The translations under genes were made by a program, and so were the position numbers. From an uncultured Candidatus Saccharibacteria bacterium (lineage in GTDB: Bacteria; Patescibacteriota; Minisyncoccia; Phycocordibacterales; 2-02-FULL-43-11), in the NCBI GenBank assembly GCA_964348785.1, contig CAYGDO010000007.1:1-42160 (forward strand): DNA of 42,160 bases. Direction: 5' to 3'. Every line of letters starts with the position of its first letter. Position 1 is the first letter of the stretch. A model generated the notes under the pieces. It had not been told where the DNA came from, did not search any database, and saw only the letters and a program-made list of their open reading frames with translations. Of this stretch, positions 1 through 9,291 are shown piece after piece.

Positions 1-46
1 AGCTTCTCCGTTCAATTTAGTACTAGAACTGGCTGACAGTCCTAAC

Positions 47-121
47 TGGCTCCGGTGGTAGGACTCGAACCTACAACCAATCGATTAACAGTCGATTGCT
101 CTACCGTTGAGCTACACCGGA
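47..121 (-). tRNA. tRNA-Asn(GTT)
   Basis: Reverse complement TCCGGTGTAGCTCAACGGTAGAGCAATCGACTGTTAATCGATTGGTTGTAGGTTCGAGTCCTACCACCGGAGCCA folds as a cloverleaf; anticodon loop CT-GTT-AA; CCA encoded. Confidence 0.97.
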
Positions 122-134
122 ATATTTTTTCCAC

Positions 135-169
135 TATCTACTCTCTACTTTCTATCCTCTAACTTCCAT
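135..169. repeat. 7-nt periodic tract upstream of tRNA-Asn
   Basis: TATCTAC TCTCTAC TTTCTAT CCTCTAA CTTCCAT. Confidence 0.7.
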
Positions 170-209
170 AATATAAACGATTTTTTTAGGAAATTCAACT
201 GTCTATTGG

Positions 210-863
210 TTATCTTTCCCCTACCCATTCTTTTAAAAACTGGTCAACGTATTTTCGCATAAAACTATCTCTTTTTTCAGCAATCTTTTTGGCAGTTTTT
301 GTATTCATTAAATTCTTAAGCAAAAACAGTTTTTCTTCAAAGTGGTGTAGTGTGGAACTTTGCATTTTTCTATAATTTTTCGTTGTATTTATTTTTTGGG
401 CTTTTTTTGTTGGATCATATAGAGGTCTATCTTTACTTCCTCCATAAGCAAAGGCTCTGGCAATGCCTATTGCTCCAATGGCATCCAACCTATCTGCATC
501 TTGAACTATGTAAAATTCTTTTGAAACACCAGCTTTCTTTTTATTAAGAGATTTGCTAAACGACATATTTTTTATAATAAATATTACTCTGTCAGTTATT
601 TCTTTTGGAATTTTTTGAGTTTTTAAAAAATTTTCAGCAATTGTGTAGTCATCCTCCTCTTTTTTTATCACCTTTCTATCACCGACATCGTGAAGTAAAA
701 CTGCCAACTCAATAATAAAAAAGTCGGCTTTTCCAAATTTGTTTATTTGAAAAGCATTATTCCTTACTCTTTCAATATGCCAAAAGTCGTGCCCAGTCCC
801 TTCTTTTGCCAGTTTTTGTTTTACAAAATTTTCAGTATTTTTTAATATCGTCTGTTTATTCAT
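210..863 (-). CDS. HD-domain phosphohydrolase (YpgQ/YedJ-like)
   Basis: GHDFWH, LLHDVGD and DADRLDAIGAIGIARAFAYGG motifs. Confidence 0.9.
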   Translation of the reverse strand: MNKQTILKNTENFVKQKLAKEGTGHDFWHIERVRNNAFQINKFGKADFFIIELAVLLHDVGDRKVIKKEEDDYTIAENFLKTQKIPKEITDRVIFIIKNMSFSKSLNKKKAGVSKEFYIVQDADRLDAIGAIGIARAFAYGGSKDRPLYDPTKKAQKINTTKNYRKMQSSTLHHFEEKLFLLKNLMNTKTAKKIAEKRDSFMRKYVDQFLKEWVGER

Positions 864-943
864 ATTAAAAAAGTATATATAAATAAAGATTAAAATGACC
901 CTTTCTTTTATTTTGGTTTTATGTTTAAATATGCCTTCAATTT

Positions 944-952
944 TGGTATAAT
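944..952 (+). promoter_or_regulatory. extended -10 promoter
   Basis: TG-G-TATAAT about 45 nt upstream of ATG 998. Confidence 0.6.
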
Positions 953-997
953 CAGTTTAGTAACGATATATATTGAAAATTGGTTTTTGTATTAGAA

Positions 998-1462
998 ATG
1001 GCAGAAAATAAGAAAAAAATTACTACAGTAATGATATTCGGGACTTTTGACGGTATTCATGATGGACACAGATATTTTTTAAATGAAGCTAAAAAATTTG
1101 GTGACAGATTAGTCGTTGCAGTAGCAAAAGATAATACAGTTAAGACTTTGAAAGGGCGTTTTCCAGAAGCTCCATTACCTAACCGTATAATGGCCTTAAA
1201 ACAAGAAAATTTCACTGAGGAGATTGTTCCTGGCGACCAGGAGATAAAAAAATGGCAAATTATCGGTAAAACAAAGCCAGACATAATCTGTGTTGGCTAT
1301 GATCAGGAAGATTTAAAAGAAGCTTTAGAAAAGGCTAAAAAGGAATTAAGCCTAGATTTTAAAATAGAAATTATAAAACCTTTTAAAGGTGATATTTTAC
1401 ATTCAAGCATAATCCGCAATCGAAAGAATAAGCAGAAAGATTCTGCTGATATGCACGATTAA
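998..1462 (+). CDS. cytidylyl/adenylyltransferase (RibL FAD synthase/TagD-like)
   Basis: FGTFDGIHDGH HIGH motif, KPDIICVGYDQ, HSSII; start moved to ATG 998. Confidence 0.85.
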   Translation: MAENKKKITTVMIFGTFDGIHDGHRYFLNEAKKFGDRLVVAVAKDNTVKTLKGRFPEAPLPNRIMALKQENFTEEIVPGDQEIKKWQIIGKTKPDIICVGYDQEDLKEALEKAKKELSLDFKIEIIKPFKGDILHSSIIRNRKNKQKDSADMHD

Positions 1463-1818
1463 TTTTTGAAGACATTGAATGGTTTGAAGGATTTTAATGT
1501 ATGCTTTAAAAGCATTACTCCTAAAATCAAACCAAACCCTAAGGCCGTTTGAACGGTAAGTTCGGTTTTTAAAATTGCAGTTTCCGTGTAGCTAAAAATA
1601 TTTTCAGATTGAAGAAAATTCTGAACAACGTTGCCAAGCGATACCATGCTTTTTATGGAAAAGGCTACGACAAAAAGGCCGAGGATTTCCAAGACAATAG
1701 GATGTAAAACTTTTCTGCCATAGTGAATAAACCGAATTCTCCTCATTATTTTTCGGTTAAAGTTTTTTTGTGTTTCTTGATCCATATTGTAATTGGAATT
1801 GTTTAAATAAATAAGCAT
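1459..1818 (-). CDS. hypothetical membrane protein, possible anti-sigma partner
   Basis: Two hydrophobic segments; starts 8 nt after the ECF sigma stop; alternative start 1785. Confidence 0.65.
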   Translation of the reverse strand: MLIYLNNSNYNMDQETQKNFNRKIMRRIRFIHYGRKVLHPIVLEILGLFVVAFSIKSMVSLGNVVQNFLQSENIFSYTETAILKTELTVQTALGFGLILGVMLLKHTLKSFKPFNVFKN

Positions 1819-1826
1819 TAAAATAA

Positions 1827-2420
1827 TTAATTGAACTCTCTAGCAATCTCCTTCATAGCTTCTTTTGCTCTGTGAACCCTAACTCTTATTGCACCTTCTG
1901 TTGAATCTTCTAATTTGGCAATTTCTCCGTAATCTTTTTCCTCCATAAAATACATTCTGGCGGTTTTCTGTAATTTTTGTGGCAATTTTGATAAAAGATA
2001 TAATGCGGTGTCTAAAGAAAACTTACTTTTAATTTCTGATTCAGAATATAAATCGGCATTTTCCTCACCAATTTCTAAGATATCATCAATCGGAACTTTT
2101 TTAACAGCTGAAGATTTGCTGAGGGCCGTCATTGTTGTGTTAAAAAGAATCCTATATGCCCAAGCTTTGAACGAACCTTCTCCTCTGTTTTCAAATTTGC
2201 TTGCATTTAAGAAAATTTTGACAAAAACATCTTGGACAACATCTTCGTGGTTACTTGAATCTGTGACGGTATAAAAAATTGAAGATGTCTTTCTCAAAAA
2301 AGGCTCCTTGTATCTATTGACCAGTACTTCAAATAAACGAGGGTCTTTTTTGCTCAAAACTATCAATTCCTCATCTTTTAACTCTTTCTTGTCTTCTGTT
2401 TTTGTGTTTATTTCGAGCAT
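1827..2420 (-). CDS. ECF-type RNA polymerase sigma factor
   Basis: Region 2 (EDVVQDVFVKIF, FKAWAYRILFN) and region 4 (YGEIAKLEDSTEGAIRVRVHRAK); start moved to ATG 2420. Confidence 0.92.
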   Translation of the reverse strand: MLEINTKTEDKKELKDEELIVLSKKDPRLFEVLVNRYKEPFLRKTSSIFYTVTDSSNHEDVVQDVFVKIFLNASKFENRGEGSFKAWAYRILFNTTMTALSKSSAVKKVPIDDILEIGEENADLYSESEIKSKFSLDTALYLLSKLPQKLQKTARMYFMEEKDYGEIAKLEDSTEGAIRVRVHRAKEAMKEIAREFN

Positions 2421-2581
2421 TTTTTTATGCCGGCTATGGGGGCCGAAAATCGGCCCCGCCGACACAATTTTACTACGATTCTCTCGACCTTTCTATAGAT
2501 TAAACATTGGTTTTGTGTGATTTGTTACAAACACAATGGACGTCTTTGTTTATTGGTCAGTTTTGTTATAAAATCTTACTT

Positions 2582-3607
2582 ATGTCAGAAAACAAACAAA
2601 AAGTAAGCACAGAGCCGTATAAGGGAGTTAGAGATTTCTTTCCAGAAGATATGGCGGTTCAAAATTATATATTTTCAATTTGGAAAAAAGTGGCTGAAAA
2701 GTATGGTTACGAAGAATACAGCGCTTCTATCTTAGAGTATGCAGATTTGTACAGAAGTAAAGGAAAAGGCAGTGAAGAAATCGTCAATGAACAAATGTAT
2801 GTTTTTAAAGATAAGGGCGAACGTGAAGTTGCCCTTCGTCCTGAAATGACCCCGACACTTGCAAGAATGATTGCCTCAAAAAGAAAAGCGCTTAAATTCC
2901 CTCTTCGTTGGTTTTCTATTCCAAATGTCTTTAGATATGAAAGACCTCAACGTGGCAGGAAGCGTGAACACTGGCAACTCAACTGTGATTTGATGGGTGT
3001 AGTTGATAATGATCCTATAAATGCGGAAGTTGAGATCATTAAATTGGCATACGAAATAATGACTAAAGGATTTGGAGCAGATGAGAAAGATTTTGAGATA
3101 AGGATAAACAGCAGAAAAGTTTTAAACGAAAGACTGGGAAAGTTATTGATAAACCAAGAATCCATACCCCAAGCAATTCGTCTTTTAGATAAAAAAGAAA
3201 AACTATCTAAAGACGAATTTAATAATGAATGGACTAAGATCTCTCAAAAACCATTCGAGGAATATTTTTCTGTGGCTGATTTCCTCAACAAAGAGATGGG
3301 CAATTTAAATGCAGTTATAGAAAAGCTTAACAATCAAAATAATATTTGGAATATTGTGATATCTCCAACACTGTCACGTGGCTTCGATTATTATACAGAC
3401 ATGGTCTTTGAAGTCTTTGATACCAATCCAGAAAATAGACGTTCTTTGTTTGGGGGCGGTAGATATGACAACTTGCTTGAAATGTTTGGCGTAGAACCAG
3501 TTCCAACAGTCGGTTTTGGTATGGGAGATGTCACAATTCGTGATTTTCTTATTACACACAAACTTTTACCTTCAAATCTAAAACCAAGTCAAAACTCTGA
3601 AGAATAA
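2582..3607 (+). CDS. hisS: histidine--tRNA ligase, catalytic core only
   Basis: PYKGVRDF, LRPEMTP, FRYERPQRGR, RGFDYYT, GGGRYDNL, VGFGMG; 341 aa from ATG 2582. Confidence 0.9.
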   Translation: MSENKQKVSTEPYKGVRDFFPEDMAVQNYIFSIWKKVAEKYGYEEYSASILEYADLYRSKGKGSEEIVNEQMYVFKDKGEREVALRPEMTPTLARMIASKRKALKFPLRWFSIPNVFRYERPQRGRKREHWQLNCDLMGVVDNDPINAEVEIIKLAYEIMTKGFGADEKDFEIRINSRKVLNERLGKLLINQESIPQAIRLLDKKEKLSKDEFNNEWTKISQKPFEEYFSVADFLNKEMGNLNAVIEKLNNQNNIWNIVISPTLSRGFDYYTDMVFEVFDTNPENRRSLFGGGRYDNLLEMFGVEPVPTVGFGMGDVTIRDFLITHKLLPSNLKPSQNSEE

Positions 3608-3609
3608 AT

Positions 3610-4185
3610 ATGAGAAAAATCGTTTTTGACATTGAAACTCGAAATATTTTTAGTGATGTTGGGAGCAACAACCCAGCTGATTTGGATATATCTGTTGTTT
3701 GTATTCACGATTCAAAAGATGATAAATATTCTAGTTACACTCAAGAAGAATTGCCCGCTTTGTGGCCCATCATAGAAAAAGCCGATATGCTCATTGGTTT
3801 TAATTCTGAACATTTTGATATTCCCCTTTTAAATAAATATTATTCTGGAGATCTTACAAAAATTAAAAGTGTTGATTTGTTGAAAGAAATAAAAAATTCC
3901 TTAGGAAGAAGAATAAAGTTGGACACTATTGCTGAAGCAACGCTTGGAAAAAATAAAACTGGTAACGGCCTTGATGCTATAGCTTGGTGGAATAAGGGAG
4001 AAATAGAAAAAATAAAAAAATACTGTATTGAAGACGTAAAGATAACTAAAGAAGTCTATGAATTTGCTCTAAAAAATAAATATCTTTGCTATAAAGATAA
4101 TGGGGAGATTAAAAAAATCCCTATAAATAGTACCGATTGGGAGAAAGAAGAAAAGACTTCAACCTTGACTCATACGCTATTCTAG
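3610..4185 (+). CDS. RNase H-like DEDD 3'-5' exonuclease (YprB/RNase_H_2-like)
   Basis: VFDIET, GFNSEHFD, YCIEDV acidic motifs. Confidence 0.85.
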   Translation: MRKIVFDIETRNIFSDVGSNNPADLDISVVCIHDSKDDKYSSYTQEELPALWPIIEKADMLIGFNSEHFDIPLLNKYYSGDLTKIKSVDLLKEIKNSLGRRIKLDTIAEATLGKNKTGNGLDAIAWWNKGEIEKIKKYCIEDVKITKEVYEFALKNKYLCYKDNGEIKKIPINSTDWEKEEKTSTLTHTLF

Positions 4186-4947
4186 AAATAACATTCCAAG
4201 CATTATCAAGAAACCTATTATTATGGCAATAAATTGCTTTAAAGATTTTTTGACGTTAGTTTCTTTATGAAGTTCGGGGATAAGATCGGCACTACCGATA
4301 TACAGAAATCCACCAGAGGCGATTGAGATGGCAATAGGCACTATTCCTTCTATCTTTTCACCTATCAAGAAAGCTAAAAATAAACCGATAAAAGCAAAAA
4401 TAGCTGATAGAAAATTCCACAGAAGAGCTTTTTTAACCGTAAAACCAGCGTGAAGTAAAAGACCGAAATCCCCAATTTCTTGTGGAATTTCGTGTAAAAG
4501 GACAGCAATGGTCGTAGCAATACCTATTTCAACACCGGCCAAATAACTAACACCTACTAAAATACCGTCAATAATGTTGTGAGCGCCATCAGAGATAATA
4601 ACTAGAGCACCAAGAGGTTTTTCTGAATGATCATGAGACTGTAAAGAATCCAATGATTCCTCATCTTGTCCGTGGGAGTGATGCCACCTTAAAAACTTTT
4701 CTAAAATAAAAAAGAAAATAAAACCCGAAAAGATAGAGATAGAAAATGTCAGTCCGCCAATTCCCTCTTCAAAAACTTCTGGTATCAGATGAATGAAAGC
4801 ATCACCAAGAAGAGCCCCAACAGATATAGAGACCAGGTAGAAGATGATTTTTTTTAGTTTATCCTCTTTAAGACTTAGAGAAAAAGCCCCCGCCAAAGAG
4901 ACTAAACTTATAGCCAAAATAGACAAAAAGCCGTAAGTTATTTCCAT
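4177..4947 (-). CDS. ZIP family zinc/metal transporter
   Basis: LLGDAFIHLIPE, His-rich loop, HNIIDG, LLHEIPQEIGDF; multiple TM helices. Confidence 0.93.
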   Translation of the reverse strand: MEITYGFLSILAISLVSLAGAFSLSLKEDKLKKIIFYLVSISVGALLGDAFIHLIPEVFEEGIGGLTFSISIFSGFIFFFILEKFLRWHHSHGQDEESLDSLQSHDHSEKPLGALVIISDGAHNIIDGILVGVSYLAGVEIGIATTIAVLLHEIPQEIGDFGLLLHAGFTVKKALLWNFLSAIFAFIGLFLAFLIGEKIEGIVPIAISIASGGFLYIGSADLIPELHKETNVKKSLKQFIAIIIGFLIMLGMLFLE

Positions 4948-5030
4948 ACGAAGAGTCTATCAGTATTTTGATTTGAGTCAAAATAGCTTTGTGATATTAT
5001 TGGTCAGTATTAATTTAATTTTTAGTTTAT

Positions 5031-5828
5031 ATGGATCAACCAAAAAACAGTTTGAACGTCCCGATGGCAATATTAGCAGCAGGAATTCTTATAGCTCTAG
5101 CTTTGTTTTTTTCTGGTAGTAAGAGTGATGGAACTCCAAACAACCCAGTAAAGCCGGGGAAAACAGCAACTACAAGCATTAACTTGCCTCCAGTTACAGA
5201 AGTTGATCATCTGTTGGGTGATGCTAATGCTCCTATAGTAAATGTAGAGTACTCTGATTTAGAGTGTTATTTTTGCAGATTGTTTGAACCAACGGCTGAA
5301 CGTCTAAGGGAGGAATATGGCAAAAAGGGTCAAGTAGCATGGGTTTACAGACATTTCCCTCTTGAAGACTTACATCCAAGAGCTAAAAAAGCAGCTGTGG
5401 CTTCTGAATGTATAGCTGAACTTGGTGGTAATACTAAATTTTGGTCATTCGTTTCTGAAGTCTTTAAAACCAGTGATCCTAGAAATGGTAGTTTAGAGAA
5501 ATTAAATATGTCAGAAATTGCTAAGAATTTAGGGGTCAACCAAAGCGCTTTTGATACTTGTTTGGCTTCAACAAAGTTTGATCAAAGAATAGCTGATTCT
5601 GTGTCTAAAGGAATTGGAGCTGGCGTAACCGGCACACCTAGGTCATTTATGGTTCTTAAAAAAGCACTGAGTGAATCAGAAAAAGAAACAATACTTTCAA
5701 ATACAGCTGAATACCTAGACCAACAAGGCAGACCGCTTGTAACTGTAAGTAGCGATGGAAAAATAGTTTCATTAAATGGAGCCTTGCCTTATGAAGTGTT
5801 TAAGATGGTAATAGATTTGGCATTGTAA
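5031..5828 (+). CDS. DsbA-family thioredoxin-fold protein
   Basis: N-terminal anchor, EYSDLECYFC (CxxC), VYRHFPL, GVTGTP. Confidence 0.9.
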   Translation: MDQPKNSLNVPMAILAAGILIALALFFSGSKSDGTPNNPVKPGKTATTSINLPPVTEVDHLLGDANAPIVNVEYSDLECYFCRLFEPTAERLREEYGKKGQVAWVYRHFPLEDLHPRAKKAAVASECIAELGGNTKFWSFVSEVFKTSDPRNGSLEKLNMSEIAKNLGVNQSAFDTCLASTKFDQRIADSVSKGIGAGVTGTPRSFMVLKKALSESEKETILSNTAEYLDQQGRPLVTVSSDGKIVSLNGALPYEVFKMVIDLAL

Positions 5829-5875
5829 AACCAAAGACAAATTTTAAAAAACTGTGTTTATAAAATAAAAAATCT

Positions 5876-6262
5876 ATGGAACAAAATGAACAGAAAAAAG
5901 ATTTGTGGAAAGACCGTTGGTATATAGCATACAAAAATTTTCTTCATATCTCTTATTTGGGCGGATTCGTCTTTTTTCTATTATTAATCCTTCGTTTGGT
6001 AAAGGTGGAAGAAATAAATGCCTCGATAACCATTTGGAATATAATAGTAATGTTTATTGTGGCTTGTGTATGGTATTATTTGGCTCAAATTTTTAAAAGG
6101 CGAGACAAAAAAGCGATACCCTTGGGTTACACTGTATTATCTGTAATGCTTGTATTGAATTTATATCAATCCGGTAACCCTTTTGCCATCCTCGTTTTGG
6201 CCTACTTGTTTTATATCGTGTATAAAGCCAGCAAATCAGAACCGAAACCTCCCTCTGTTTAA
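5876..6262 (+). CDS. hypothetical membrane protein
   Basis: 128-aa ORF with about four hydrophobic segments. Confidence 0.7.
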   Translation: MEQNEQKKDLWKDRWYIAYKNFLHISYLGGFVFFLLLILRLVKVEEINASITIWNIIVMFIVACVWYYLAQIFKRRDKKAIPLGYTVLSVMLVLNLYQSGNPFAILVLAYLFYIVYKASKSEPKPPSV

Positions 6263-6327
6263 GGACACTAGAGTTCACGTAGTGGTTTGAATTTTACAAG
6301 ACAAAGGTGACCCTCACAGTAGAGTCG

Positions 6328-9228
6328 TTATATTTTTTCTTTTAGAATTTCCCCCATTTCACAAAACTCACAACCTCTTTCCTCACATTTTTTATCGATA
6401 AATTCTAAATCGAGTAATTCTTTTATCATTTTATTGATATCATTTTTAAGCCCGTCTAATTCTTGAAATTTTAAATCGAAGGATTCTTTTTTAAATCTTC
6501 CTTTGTCATCCGGCTCTACAAATTCGATAACACCCTCTTCCACTTTTTTGTCTTTGAAATAAGTTTCCAGCATTAATTTATAGAAAAGTAATTGTCTGAA
6601 AATGTCGCCGTTAGAATTTTTAGTATTACCTAGGATCTCATTACGAGTTTTTGTGTTGCCGGTCTTGAAATCAAGGACAACAAAATTTCCATTACTTTTA
6701 TTTATCAATTGATCTATATTACCCTTTAGAGAAATCACGCCCTTATCTCCGGAAAAAGGAATGCTACTCATTTTAAACTCTGATTTTGTGTCTTTAGTCC
6801 AAACATGTCCCTTAAAAAATGATGTTAGAGCTTCTTTTCCTCTTTCTTTCCAATCTTTTAATTCTTTGACCGAAAAATCCATTCTTGATATTTCATCATC
6901 AAAATATTTTAAAGCACTATTAAAAGTCGGTTTCTTGTTTAAATTGAAATCGTCAGCCAATTTTCTTAAGGCGTAGTGTATAGCGGTACCAAACTGCTGA
7001 TGTTTTTCTTGAGCGTGAGGAATTCTAATCAGGTTTTGAAAAAAATATTTCCAAGGACAATTGAGGTAGTTATTAAGAGCCGTGACATTTATTCCCTCTT
7101 CAAAAAGGATTTTAGAAACATAATTTTTGAATTCATCTTTTTTTGAAGTAGGATTATCAGTTTTTAGAACCAAAGAAGGTGTGACTTTTTCTCCCTTTTC
7201 TATTTTTAGAAGTTTTTCATCAATATTGTCTATAAAAGTGCTTTTAGATAAAATTTTGCCTTTATAGTCTTTATCACTGTAAGTAATAATCAGTTTTTCT
7301 TTCGCCCTAGTTAAAGCCACATAAAAAAGTCTTCTTTCATCCATATTTCTGCTTTCTCTGGTGTCATCCTTTTGTAAAGGTAAAATAAAATATTCTCTTT
7401 TGGTTTTTCCAACCCATCTTTCCTCGTTAGCTTTTATAATAAACACAACATCAAATTCCAAACCTTTTGACTTGTGGGCGGTCATTAAAATTATGTTACT
7501 GGTATCATTTTCATTTACTAAATCCGAAGTTTTTAAATCAAATTTCTCCAAAAGCTCAATATCTTTAATAAAATCAAATAATCGAGAACCATTTTTTGAT
7601 TCGGCTGAAGATCTGGCAATGGCATAAAAACTCCTAAATTTTTCAATTTTTTCTATGGGTTTATTAGAATTTAAAAGTTTAGATTTAAAACCGCTTTCTT
7701 CAAAAAGCAGGTCTAAAAATTCAAGCAAGGATTCATTCTTGGCTTTTTTTGTCCATTCATTTATTTTTTTACCCAGTTGATTTAACTTGTCATTATCAAT
7801 TTTATTTATACCGACACTGTTTAAATCTAAAGATAAGCTTTCAATAATATTTGATGAATATTTAGAATTTTTTATCAATTTTAGACAACTCAAAAGGGGC
7901 ATATCTAAAAAATCTAAAAATAAAACTTTGCTTAAATTCTCATCATCTGTCGGATCATTGACAACTCTTAATAAATTTAAGAAGTTTTTTATATCGTTAT
8001 CACCCATCACGTCCTCATCGGACTTTATGACAAAATCAGCATTTCTTTTTCTAAGCCTTCTGCCAACTTCTAAAACGTCATCATTGTTTCTATATAAAAT
8101 TGCTACTTTTTTAGTTTTAGCTAAACTCATAGCCTCTTGAATAACAAAATCTAATTCCTCATCTTCGTTTTCAAAAGAAATAATGGATATAAGCTCACCT
8201 TTTTTCAAATTAGAAGATATCAATTTTTCTCTTTTTATTTCCTCTGTTTTATTTAATAAAAGAGAAAGGTGATGAGAAGCGTCTAAAATTTCTTGAGTGG
8301 ATCGGTAATTTTTAACTAGAGTAATAACTTTTGATTTGGGAAATTTGTTTTTAAAATAAAGGAAATTTTCTAAAGATGCCCCTTGGAATCTATAAATCGC
8401 CTGTTTTTCATCACCGACGATAAAAAGATTTGGGTTGTCATCATAACTTGCAAGTTTTTCTAAAATTTTGTTTTGGTTGCCATTGGCGTCTTGATGCTCA
8501 TCTGCCAAAATATACAAATAATTTTCTTGCAAATCCCTAAGAAGCCCTTTGTGTTTGCTAAGTGCTAGAGAAGTTTCAAGCAACATATCTTCATAATCAT
8601 AAAGCCCATTTTTTATTAAAGATTTTTCATATAGTTCAAATAATTCAGCCAATTCTAAACTTCTTTCATATTTAGATTCATCTTTTTCCTCTACGAGATA
8701 ATTTTGTTTTTTAATCCATTTTTTAAAATCTGTGGGTGTGTAACCTTCTTTTTTTAAATGATTAATAGCTGATTTTAAAGAATTCAAATAATGAAAAGGG
8801 CTGTTAACTGTTTTGATTTCTTTAAAATCGTTTTTTTCTAAAATCTCTTTTATTATTTTTACCTGACCAATCTCACCCGATGGCTTACTACCAATAATTT
8901 TTGGAAAAAACTGAGGATAATTTTGGATAATTTCATTAGCAAAACTATGAAAAGTTGATACTTTCACCCTGTAAGCTGACTCGCCTATTATTTCAAACAG
9001 CTTTTTCTTCATTGATGCCACTCCGCTTTCCGTAAAAGTAAGGGCTAAAATCGATTCTGCGGAGGTATCTGTCAGTCTTAATATATTTGCTATACGAAGA
9101 GTTAAAAGGGTTGTTTTACCCGTTCCAGGCCCTGCTATGACCATAACTGGACCGTCTATGGCATCAACGGCCTCTTTTTGCTCTTTATTTAAGCCCTCAT
9201 AAGCTTTTTTGAAGGTGTCTTTTTTCAC
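6328..9228 (-). CDS. UvrD/PcrA-family helicase fused to PD-(D/E)XK nuclease
   Basis: AGPGTGKT, LADEHQD, VGDEKQAIYRFQGA, MTAHKSKGLEF, ERRLFYVALTRA; C-terminal D..LDFKTG, QLLFY and Cys set. Confidence 0.92.
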   Translation of the reverse strand: MKKDTFKKAYEGLNKEQKEAVDAIDGPVMVIAGPGTGKTTLLTLRIANILRLTDTSAESILALTFTESGVASMKKKLFEIIGESAYRVKVSTFHSFANEIIQNYPQFFPKIIGSKPSGEIGQVKIIKEILEKNDFKEIKTVNSPFHYLNSLKSAINHLKKEGYTPTDFKKWIKKQNYLVEEKDESKYERSLELAELFELYEKSLIKNGLYDYEDMLLETSLALSKHKGLLRDLQENYLYILADEHQDANGNQNKILEKLASYDDNPNLFIVGDEKQAIYRFQGASLENFLYFKNKFPKSKVITLVKNYRSTQEILDASHHLSLLLNKTEEIKREKLISSNLKKGELISIISFENEDEELDFVIQEAMSLAKTKKVAILYRNNDDVLEVGRRLRKRNADFVIKSDEDVMGDNDIKNFLNLLRVVNDPTDDENLSKVLFLDFLDMPLLSCLKLIKNSKYSSNIIESLSLDLNSVGINKIDNDKLNQLGKKINEWTKKAKNESLLEFLDLLFEESGFKSKLLNSNKPIEKIEKFRSFYAIARSSAESKNGSRLFDFIKDIELLEKFDLKTSDLVNENDTSNIILMTAHKSKGLEFDVVFIIKANEERWVGKTKREYFILPLQKDDTRESRNMDERRLFYVALTRAKEKLIITYSDKDYKGKILSKSTFIDNIDEKLLKIEKGEKVTPSLVLKTDNPTSKKDEFKNYVSKILFEEGINVTALNNYLNCPWKYFFQNLIRIPHAQEKHQQFGTAIHYALRKLADDFNLNKKPTFNSALKYFDDEISRMDFSVKELKDWKERGKEALTSFFKGHVWTKDTKSEFKMSSIPFSGDKGVISLKGNIDQLINKSNGNFVVLDFKTGNTKTRNEILGNTKNSNGDIFRQLLFYKLMLETYFKDKKVEEGVIEFVEPDDKGRFKKESFDLKFQELDGLKNDINKMIKELLDLEFIDKKCEERGCEFCEMGEILKEKI

Positions 9229-9243
9229 CTCGATATTATATAT

Positions 9244-9277
9244 GAAAATTGCCCCGTTATCTTAAGGGGCAATTTTC
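9244..9277 (-). terminator. intrinsic terminator-like inverted repeat after rpoD
   Basis: 12-bp perfect IR GAAAATTGCCCC/GGGGCAATTTTC, 14 nt after the rpoD stop. Confidence 0.75.
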
Positions 9278-9291
9278 TAGAATTAGATTTT

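Noticed and set aside
3520-3700. Frameshifted remainder of hisS
   Set aside because: A complete exonuclease gene begins 2 nt after the stop, leaving no room for an anticodon domain.
6608-6617. CCGTTAGAAT resembling the MITE end
   Set aside because: Single 9/10 match inside the helicase reading frame with no partner repeat.
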